Positions 18,013-24,498 of a stretch of DNA of 32,000 bases are shown here, piece by piece. The notes under the pieces are model-generated. The model worked only from the letters and a program-made list of their open reading frames with translations. It was not told the origin of the DNA and searched no databases. A program made the translations under genes and the position numbers. Numbering within the stretch: the first letter of the stretch is position 1; every line of letters begins with the position of its first letter. Source of the stretch: Candidatus Pacearchaeota archaeon (GTDB taxonomy: Archaea > Nanobdellota > Nanobdellia > Pacearchaeales > UBA284); assembly GCA_026016245.1 (NCBI GenBank), contig CP061211.1, forward strand, positions 360,001 through 392,000. Direction: 5' to 3'.

Positions 18013-18428
18013 CCCTAAGGGAAATCCCAGCAGAAGTGTTTATAGAAGCACTAGCCACAAGATTCAAGGCAATGGATGAATTCAAGATGCCTGATTGGGC
18101 CACTTTTGTTAAGACAGGGATGGCAAAAATGAGGCCACCTGAAAGAGATGACTGGTGGTATATAAGAGCAGCTAGCATTCTTAGGGCAGTATATCTTTCT
18201 GGTGTAGTAGGTGTATCAAGATTAAGGGTAAAATATGGTTCAAGAAAAGAAAGAGGAGCAAGACCTAAAAAATTTTATAATGCAAGTGGAAAAATTATTA
18301 GAACAATACTCCAACAGGGAACAAAAGCCGGATTTATAGAGCATATAAAAGAAAAAAGAACTGGAAGAAAACTAACAAAAAAAGGCAAAGAATTTCTTGA
18401 AGCTCTCGCAGCAGAATTAAAAAAATAA
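17991..18428 (+). CDS. rps19e: 30S ribosomal protein eS19
   Basis: 145 aa. MPDWATFVKTGMAKMRPPERDDWWYIRAASILRAVYLSGVVGVSRLRVKYGSRKERGARPKKFYNASGKIIRTILQQ. Confidence 0.95.
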   Translation: MAKIKKITLREIPAEVFIEALATRFKAMDEFKMPDWATFVKTGMAKMRPPERDDWWYIRAASILRAVYLSGVVGVSRLRVKYGSRKERGARPKKFYNASGKIIRTILQQGTKAGFIEHIKEKRTGRKLTKKGKEFLEALAAELKK

Positions 18429-18438
18429 AAATCAAAAA

Positions 18439-18669
18439 ATGGCAAAAAATAAACCATTGTCAAAAAAATTAAGATTAGGAAAGCAGAAAAAACGTACGAG
18501 ATGGACTCCTTTCTGGGTTATTCCTAAAGCTCTTGGCAAAGGTAAAAGAGTTCATCCTTCAAGACTAACAAGAGTAAAACGTTCATGGAGAAGAACCAAG
18601 ATAAAAAGAAGTATCAAAAGACGAGAGAAAAGGAAAATAAAACCTGGAAAAATAAAGAGAAAGTTCTAA
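18439..18669 (+). CDS. rpl39e: 50S ribosomal protein eL39 with basic C-terminal extension
   Basis: 76 aa. KPLSKKLRLGKQKKRTRWTPFWVIPKALGKGKRVHPSRLTRVKRSWRRTKIKR, then SIKRREKRKIKPGKIKRKF. Confidence 0.85.
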   Translation: MAKNKPLSKKLRLGKQKKRTRWTPFWVIPKALGKGKRVHPSRLTRVKRSWRRTKIKRSIKRREKRKIKPGKIKRKF

Positions 18670-18670
18670 A

Positions 18671-19246
18671 ATGGCAAAAGCAAAAAAGGAAGAGAAGAAG
18701 GAAGAAAAAATTTATACTATTCCATTAAAAAAAGAATGGTTAAAAACTCCAAGACATAAAAGAGCTAAAAAAGCTATGAAAGCAATAAAAGAATTCATGG
18801 TGAGACATATGAAAGTTCCTGATCGAGATATAAATAAAGTTAAGATTGATAGGTGGATAAATGAGGCTGTATGGTTGCGTGGAATAAAAAAGCCTCCTCA
18901 AAAAATCATTGTTAAAGCTATAAAAGATTCTGAAGGGAATGTTAAGGTAGAATTTCAAGGATTACCCCCTGGATTTAAGGTTGAGGAAGAAAAGCTAAAG
19001 AAGAAAATAGAAAAGACAAGGACTAGAGAAAAGAAAAAAGAGGAAGAGAAGAAAAAGAAGAAGGAAGTTAAAAAGAAAAAGGAACCTGAAGAGAAGACTG
19101 AGGAAGAAAAAAAAGAGGAAGAGGAAAGAAAGGAAAAAGAGAAGGCACTACATAAAGAAATATCAACAATGAAGAAAAAACCAAAATTTATTGAAAAACC
19201 AAAACAACCTCAACCAGTTATACAAAGAAAAGCTCTTGAAAAATAA
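18671..19246 (+). CDS. rpl31e: 50S ribosomal protein eL31 with long charged C-terminal extension
   Basis: 191 aa. IYTIPLKKEWLKTPRHKRAKKAMKAIKEFMVRHMKVPDRDINKVKIDRWINEAVWLRGIKKPPQKIIVKAIKD; roughly 90 further K/E-rich residues. Confidence 0.9.
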   Translation: MAKAKKEEKKEEKIYTIPLKKEWLKTPRHKRAKKAMKAIKEFMVRHMKVPDRDINKVKIDRWINEAVWLRGIKKPPQKIIVKAIKDSEGNVKVEFQGLPPGFKVEEEKLKKKIEKTRTREKKKEEEKKKKKEVKKKKEPEEKTEEEKKEEEERKEKEKALHKEISTMKKKPKFIEKPKQPQPVIQRKALEK

Positions 19247-19254
19247 CTAATAAA

Positions 19255-19635
19255 TTAGATTTCTCCATGATCTTTTTTAAGAATTTCTACTAGCCTATCT
19301 TTTTTATTGTATAAACTTTTGACTATATCAGTTTTGCTGGGTCCCCCCTTCGTATGAATATATGGTATTGGATATTTTTTTAGCGCTTTGTGAATATAAT
19401 AACCAAATGTATTTTTTTTGTCAGGCACCCCTATAACAATCTTAGATTTTTTAACATACTTACAGATTTTGTGTCCTTTACTATCTTGGGGAGCATGATA
19501 CACTTTTTTAAACCCAAGAACTGGCCCTAAACCTTCATAAGTATCTCTAGCTGTCCTGCCTAGAATCAAAGTGATATCAATCTCATATGTTTCAAAGATT
19601 TGTTTTAAAATTATTGTTTCTATAGTTTCTTGCAT
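19255..19635 (-). CDS. Conserved-looking hypothetical protein
   Basis: 126 aa ORF filling the gap between rpl31e and cbf5; contains ITLILGRTARDTYEGLGPVLG and PIPYIHTKGGPSKTDIV. Confidence 0.55.
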   Translation of the reverse strand: MQETIETIILKQIFETYEIDITLILGRTARDTYEGLGPVLGFKKVYHAPQDSKGHKICKYVKKSKIVIGVPDKKNTFGYYIHKALKKYPIPYIHTKGGPSKTDIVKSLYNKKDRLVEILKKDHGEI

Positions 19636-19697
19636 TTTCCCTTAGCCTCAAAATAACATACATAAAGTATTTAAAAAAATTTTTCCATATCATTATC

Positions 19698-20495
19698 ATG
19701 GAAAAAGTCATGATTATTCTAGACAAGCCAGCAGGTAAAACATCATTCCAAGTATGTGATGCTGTAAGAAAAAAACTCAAAGCAAGAAAGGCAGGCCATG
19801 CTGGTACTCTAGATCCTAATGTAACTGGTATCTTGCTCATAGCTTTAAATCGCGCAACAAAATTAATGCCTTTATTAGAAAGATTAAATAAAGAGTATGA
19901 AGGAAGAGCACATCTTCATAAAGACACCACAATAAAAAAAATAAAATCAACGATCAAAAAGAAATTTCTTGGAAAAATTAAACAACTGCCGCCAAGAAAA
20001 TCAAGAGTAAAGAGGCAAGAAAGGGAAAGGACAATCTATGAATTTAAAATCACGAAAAAGAAGGATAGAAATTTCAATTTCAAAGTTAAATGTGAGGCTG
20101 GAACATATATAAGAAAGTTAATTCATGATCTCGGTCAAGAGCTAAAGGTTGGAGCTCAGATGACACAACTCAGAAGAATAAGACAAGGTCCTTTTTCAAT
20201 AAGACAAGCAACAAAAATTGAAAAATTAACCAAGAAAAATATAATCCCTGCAGAAAAACTAATTTCAAAAGTTTCAGCAATAATTTCCATAACAAAGAAT
20301 GCTAAAGAAAAATTAAGACAAGGAAAATTTCTAGAAGCAAAAGATATTAAGAGAATTAAGGGAAAATTTGAGAAAGAGAAAGTGGTGGCTGCTTTTTCTG
20401 GTAAAGATGTTATTGCTCTTGTAAAACCTTTTTTCAATTCTAGTAAAATTAGAAAACAAAAAGATAAGGTATTAAAGCCAAAAAGAATTATTTGA
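19698..20495 (+). CDS. cbf5: tRNA/rRNA pseudouridine synthase, TruB/Cbf5 family
   Basis: 265 aa. ILDKPAGKTSFQVCDAVRKKLKARKAGHAGTLDPNVTGILLIALNRATKLM, KEYEGRAHLHKD, LPPRKSRVKR, CEAGTYIRKLIHDLGQELKVGAQMTQLRRIRQGPF. Confidence 0.88.
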   Translation: MEKVMIILDKPAGKTSFQVCDAVRKKLKARKAGHAGTLDPNVTGILLIALNRATKLMPLLERLNKEYEGRAHLHKDTTIKKIKSTIKKKFLGKIKQLPPRKSRVKRQERERTIYEFKITKKKDRNFNFKVKCEAGTYIRKLIHDLGQELKVGAQMTQLRRIRQGPFSIRQATKIEKLTKKNIIPAEKLISKVSAIISITKNAKEKLRQGKFLEAKDIKRIKGKFEKEKVVAAFSGKDVIALVKPFFNSSKIRKQKDKVLKPKRII

Positions 20496-21045
20496 ATTCT
20501 ATTGAGTTTATATTATGGGGCGCTTTTTCAAATGTGCTATATTTATCTAAAGCCTCATTATGAACTTTTCCTTTAACATCAATTCTTCTGTATCCAAAAA
20601 AGAAATCTGCTTTTATTTCTTTTTTATTCTTAAGATTAATTTTTAAACTATCCATTATCCAGTATTTCATTTTATTCCAAAAAAAAGTCATTTCATCTAT
20701 ATCTTTAAATGAAATAATGTAAGGTGCTCCATCGATTTTAGCTTTTATGCTTTTAAAATTAAGAAATCTCCCACTAGTGCCCTTACTTTGGGGATAAGGG
20801 TTAAAATATTCAAATGTTAAATCATTAACAAAAATTGATTTTCCATTAGTAGTTATTACTGTAGCATCAAAGTCTCTTACTCCTTCGTAGACTTCTTCAT
20901 AATATTTATTTGGATATTCTTCTCTTATTAACTTAAATTCTCGTCCATCTTCTATTTTATATGTTTCCTGGGCATTTACAATAGAAGCAAGCCCAAAAAA
21001 GAGTACTGGTAATAAATTTCTAATATTCATATTTTTTATACTCAT
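20488..21045 (-). CDS. Secreted hypothetical protein
   Basis: 185 aa with N-terminal signal-like MNIRNLLPVLFFGLASIVNAQ (alternative ATG at 21030); overlaps the cbf5 3' end by 8 nt convergently. Confidence 0.55.
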   Translation of the reverse strand: MSIKNMNIRNLLPVLFFGLASIVNAQETYKIEDGREFKLIREEYPNKYYEEVYEGVRDFDATVITTNGKSIFVNDLTFEYFNPYPQSKGTSGRFLNFKSIKAKIDGAPYIISFKDIDEMTFFWNKMKYWIMDSLKINLKNKKEIKADFFFGYRRIDVKGKVHNEALDKYSTFEKAPHNINSIEFK

Positions 21046-21080
21046 TAAAAGTTTTTAAAGTTTACTTTCTTGACTTAAAA

Positions 21081-21653
21081 ATGAGGGAGTTTATTTATTT
21101 TTCAAAAAAAGCTCGAACAAGCGGAGCATTTAAGGAATTGATGTCTGCTGGAAGATTAGATATAGCGTGCCATGTTATTATTATGACCTTCTTTGTTTCA
21201 AATGCTATAAGAAAGAATGTTAAACTGCATTTATTTTTTTATGGCCCTCCTGATCCTCCAAAACATCTTGAGATAATGAATCCAGAAATAATAAGTAAGA
21301 AAGACATTAGTGGATTAATTAAAAGAATGTTGTATAAATACAAGAAAAACAAGAAGAATGAGGCATTACCTGGGTGCTGGATTGAAAAGAAATCTTTCCA
21401 AGGTTTTGTAGAAGAGTTAAGTGAGCAAGATAGAAATATTTATCTGCTTGATCCAAAAGGTGAGGACATAAGAAAAGTTGAGATAGATAAAAATTCTGTT
21501 TTTATCTTTGGTGATCATGAAGGAATACCAAAACAAGAATTAAGAAGGATAAAGAATAAAGTTAAAAAAATATCTATAGGAAATATTGCATATTTTTCAA
21601 GCCAGGTTATTGCCATAGTTCAGAACGAGCTTGACAGAAGAGGAATTGATTAA
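21081..21653 (+). CDS. trmY: tRNA (pseudouridine(54)-N(1))-methyltransferase TrmY (DUF358)
   Basis: 190 aa. MREFIYFSKKARTSGAFKELMSAGRLDIACHVI, FGDHEGIPKQELRRI, ISIGNIAYFSSQVIAIVQNELDRR. Confidence 0.88.
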   Translation: MREFIYFSKKARTSGAFKELMSAGRLDIACHVIIMTFFVSNAIRKNVKLHLFFYGPPDPPKHLEIMNPEIISKKDISGLIKRMLYKYKKNKKNEALPGCWIEKKSFQGFVEELSEQDRNIYLLDPKGEDIRKVEIDKNSVFIFGDHEGIPKQELRRIKNKVKKISIGNIAYFSSQVIAIVQNELDRRGID

Positions 21654-21662
21654 ATATTTAAA
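21654..21662 (+). promoter_or_regulatory. Putative TATA box (ATATTTAAA) of lysS
   Basis: AT-rich box about 26 nt upstream of the ATG at 21684, consistent with a leaderless transcript. Confidence 0.45.
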
Positions 21663-21683
21663 TGATTTTTTCTTATTCAAATT

Positions 21684-23156
21684 ATGGGTCGTGAAGAGCA
21701 GATAATAAAAGAGCGTGAAAGAAAACTTGGTGAATTGAGAGAAAAGGGGATTAATCCTTATAGACATAAATATAATGTTAAGAATTATGCTTCTCAGATT
21801 TTGAAAAAATATTCCAAGCTAAAGCCAGGACAGAAAACAAAAGATAAGGTTAGTGTTGCTGGTCGTGTCTTGTCAGTAAGAATACATGGCAAGATAAATT
21901 TTGCCCACTTACTGGATTCAACTGGCAAGATTCAGATAGGTTTGGAAGAAAGTACATCTGGAAAAGAGCTTAATAATTTTTTCAAGAAATATATTGATTT
22001 TGGTGATATTATTGGTTGTGAGGGGATAGTTTTCAAAACAACCAGAGGAGAAGTGACAGTACTTGTAACAAAACTTGACTTGCTTACAAAATCTTTGATG
22101 CCTCTTCCTGAGAAATGGCATGGTTTGAAAGACAAGGAGGAAAGATACAGAAAAAGATATCTTGATCTTATAATGAATCCAAAAGTCAAGGAAGTTTTTC
22201 TGAAAAGAAGTAGGATTATCAAAGCAATGAGGGAATTCCTTATCAAGAATGGTTTTATTGAAGTTGAAACCCCTATATTACAGCCAATTTATGGAGGAAC
22301 TAATGCAAGGCCTTTTGAAACAAGATTAGAGGCCTTAAAAATAAAGCTCTATTTGAGAATTAGTAATGAACTTTATCTAAAAAGACTATTAGTTGGGGGT
22401 TATGACAAGATTTTTGAATTCAGTCCTGATTTTAGAAATGAGGGTATTGACAAGTTACATAATCCAGAATTCTTGCAAATGGAAACAATGTGGACTTATG
22501 CTGACTATAAAGATAATATGAAATTCTGTGAGGATATGATTTCTTATATAACAAAAAAAGTTCTTGGAACCACAAAAATAAATTATCAAGGCAAGAAGAT
22601 TGATCTTGGAAAATGGCAGAGATTAAGTTTTCTTGAAGCCCTGAAGAAGCATACAGGAGAGGATTTTGATACAGATAACGAGAATAAAGCAAGGAAGCTA
22701 GCTTTAAAGATGAAGGTTGATGTTTCTGGATGTGAGAATTATGGAGAAATTCTGAATAGGGTTTTCGAAGAAAAAGTTGAACCTAACCTAATACAGCCAA
22801 CAATAATATATGATTATCCTGCTTCTATAAGTGGGCTTGCCAAAATAAAAGAAGATGATCCTAGATGGGCAGAAAGATTTGAGCCTTTTATTAATGGATG
22901 GGAAATGGGAAATAGTTATAGTGAAGGGAATGATCCTAAAAAGTTAGAAGAGTTTTGGAAAAAGGCTGAGGCTGCTTTCAGAAAAGGTAGGGTAGAGGAA
23001 CAGAGATTAGATACTGATTTTGTTAGAGCTTTAAAATACGGAATGCCTCCTGCAAGTGGATTAGGAATTGGTGTAGGCAGACTTATAATGCTGATAACAG
23101 ATTCACCAAGTATCAGAGATGTTATATTCTTCCCATTCATGAGACCTGAAAAGTAA
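21684..23156 (+). CDS. lysS: Lysyl-tRNA synthetase, class II
   Basis: 490 aa. VSVAGRVLSVRIHGKINFAHLLDSTGKIQIGLE, RYRKRYLDLIMNPKVKEVFLKRSRIIKAMREFL, GFIEVETPILQPIYGGTNARPFET, LEFLQMETMWTYADY, GLGIGVGRLIMLITDSPSIRDVIFFPFMRPE. Confidence 0.95.
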   Translation: MGREEQIIKERERKLGELREKGINPYRHKYNVKNYASQILKKYSKLKPGQKTKDKVSVAGRVLSVRIHGKINFAHLLDSTGKIQIGLEESTSGKELNNFFKKYIDFGDIIGCEGIVFKTTRGEVTVLVTKLDLLTKSLMPLPEKWHGLKDKEERYRKRYLDLIMNPKVKEVFLKRSRIIKAMREFLIKNGFIEVETPILQPIYGGTNARPFETRLEALKIKLYLRISNELYLKRLLVGGYDKIFEFSPDFRNEGIDKLHNPEFLQMETMWTYADYKDNMKFCEDMISYITKKVLGTTKINYQGKKIDLGKWQRLSFLEALKKHTGEDFDTDNENKARKLALKMKVDVSGCENYGEILNRVFEEKVEPNLIQPTIIYDYPASISGLAKIKEDDPRWAERFEPFINGWEMGNSYSEGNDPKKLEEFWKKAEAAFRKGRVEEQRLDTDFVRALKYGMPPASGLGIGVGRLIMLITDSPSIRDVIFFPFMRPEK

Positions 23157-23206
23157 GGTTTATAAAATAAAGAAAATAAATACCGATATAAAAAGGAGGA
23201 AAAAAT

Positions 23207-23371
23207 ATGGCAGAAAAAAAGAAATATCAAGCAAGATGTATGAGATGCAAAAAACAAGTAGATGTCAAGGATCCAGAAGAAGTTGAAATAAAAAAAGGCA
23301 CATGGGCAGTCAAAGGCAAGTGTGTAGTTTGTGGAACCAAAGTTTATAGGATCATTGGAAAAAAGAAATAA
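23207..23371 (+). CDS. 54-aa zinc-ribbon protein (DUF5679-like)
   Basis: Manual translation MAEKKKYQARCMRCKKQVDVKDPEEVEIKKGTWAVKGKCVVCGTKVYRIIGKKK* with CxxC...CxxC and a GGAGGA Shine-Dalgarno at 23195-23200. Below the supplied track's length cutoff. Confidence 0.8.
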   Translation: MAEKKKYQARCMRCKKQVDVKDPEEVEIKKGTWAVKGKCVVCGTKVYRIIGKKK

Positions 23372-23392
23372 GATTTTTCTGAACTTGTAAGA

Positions 23393-23560
23393 ATGGTAGA
23401 AATCGTGATAAAATCAAAAATCAAGGAAGTTATAAAAGAATTGAGAGTTTCAGCTAACCTTGCAGAAACTCTTAACAAAAAAGTAGGGGAAATTTTAAAG
23501 AAAGCTGAGGAGAGAGCAAAAGCAAATCATAGAACTACAGTGATGCCCCAGGACCTCTAA
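23393..23560 (+). CDS. 55-aa histone-fold-like protein with truncated third helix
   Basis: Manual translation MVEIVIKSKIKEVIKELRVSANLAETLNKKVGEILKKAEERAKANHRTTVMPQDL*; pattern resembles a short prokaryotic histone (amphipathic long helix, RAKANxRxTVxPxDL). Below the supplied track's length cutoff. Confidence 0.65.
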   Translation: MVEIVIKSKIKEVIKELRVSANLAETLNKKVGEILKKAEERAKANHRTTVMPQDL

Positions 23561-23861
23561 GTAAGTGGGGCATAATAAGAGCTTTTATTTCTTCTGTTAG
23601 CCTCATTCTATTGATACAGTACATTTTTATATCTTCTTGGCTTGTTTTTCTTATTGCTTCGTCATGAAAATATGAAGCATTATTTGCATACTGTAAACAG
23701 CTGACAAGGCTATCATAATTCTTCTCCATCATAGGTTTTGTGACAGTTCTTAAACATAAATCTCCTGTAGTAACTAACTTTTTTACTTCTGGTTCTTTTT
23801 CTAAAAGATTCATAAAATCTTTGTCATATTCAGATTCTATGGGTAAATCCTCTAATTCCAT
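23535..23861 (-). CDS. Hypothetical protein
   Basis: ORF MELEDLPIESEYDKDFMNLLEKEPEVKK...ending GPGASL. The track start at 23867 is TTG; the ATG is at 23861. Fills otherwise non-coding space. Confidence 0.45.
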   Translation of the reverse strand: MELEDLPIESEYDKDFMNLLEKEPEVKKLVTTGDLCLRTVTKPMMEKNYDSLVSCLQYANNASYFHDEAIRKTSQEDIKMYCINRMRLTEEIKALIMPHLLRGPGASL

Positions 23862-23911
23862 TTTCAAATTATCTGAAAAACCTTTAAATATATTGTTGTA
23901 CTAAAAAGAAT

Positions 23912-24295
23912 ATGAATAAGAAAAGAGGAAGTGATGCTGAAAGAGAACTTTTGCATTTATTAAGTCAGCAAGGTTTTTCTGTTGCAAGAGTTGCTGGCAG
24001 TGGAATGATTTCTGAAACTAGCTGTGATTTATTTGCTGGAAATGGTAAGAAGAAGTATGCCATAGAAGTAAAAATTTCCTCAAGTCATAAAAAATATTTG
24101 AGAAAAGAACAAATATCAGAACTCATAAAATTTGCAAAGAATTTTGGTCTAAATCCTGTTGTTGCAATCAAATTTTTGAGAAAAGGTTGGTGGTTCATAA
24201 CGCCAAATAAGATAGACAAGACAGAGAAAGGCCTAGTAATCTCATTTGATGATATAAAGAAACAAGGAAAGAGTTTTGATAAATTTGTTAAATAA
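23912..24295 (+). CDS. hjc: Archaeal-type Holliday junction resolvase Hjc
   Basis: 127 aa. KKRGSDAERELLHLLSQQGFSVARVAGSG...CDLFAGNGKKKYAIEVKISSSHKKYL. Confidence 0.9.
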   Translation: MNKKRGSDAERELLHLLSQQGFSVARVAGSGMISETSCDLFAGNGKKKYAIEVKISSSHKKYLRKEQISELIKFAKNFGLNPVVAIKFLRKGWWFITPNKIDKTEKGLVISFDDIKKQGKSFDKFVK

Positions 24296-24330
24296 TAAGG
24301 TTTTAAAATAACTTATTCTTGAGCATACTA

Positions 24331-24401
24331 GGGGCCATAGTTCAATGGTAAAACAGCCGCCTCCAGAGCGGCAGTCGGGGGTTCGAGTCCCTCTGGCCCC
24401 A
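24331..24401 (+). tRNA. tRNA-Trp (anticodon CCA), intronless
   Basis: Acceptor GGGGCCA/TGGCCCC + A73, anticodon arm GCCGC-CTCCAGA-GCGGC giving anticodon CCA after U33, T arm GGGGG-TTCGAGT-CCCTC. No encoded CCA. Confidence 0.93.
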
Positions 24402-24408
24402 TTTTTTT
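24402..24408 (+). terminator. T-tract terminator after tRNA-Trp
   Basis: Run of seven T directly after the tRNA discriminator base. Confidence 0.45.
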
Positions 24409-24498
24409 CTGATATATTAAACGTAAAAGAAAAAACAACGAAGGAGATAAATAGAAAATTAACTTATTTATTAACAACAATTTTCATTAACAATAGAA

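Noticed and set aside
19010-19150. Purine-rich AAGAAGGAAG tract considered as a microsatellite or regulatory repeat
   Set aside because: It lies in frame within eL31 and encodes the K/E-rich tail; not a regular unit-length repeat.
22205-22215. Possible in-frame stop (TAG) in lysS seen in 'gaagtagg'
   Set aside because: The lysS frame reads AAA AGA AGT AGG (K R S R); the TAG is out of frame and the ORF is intact.
24331-24401. tRNA called as Gly(TCC) from the CTCCAGA loop
   Set aside because: U33 is followed by CCA at positions 34-36, so the anticodon is CCA (Trp).
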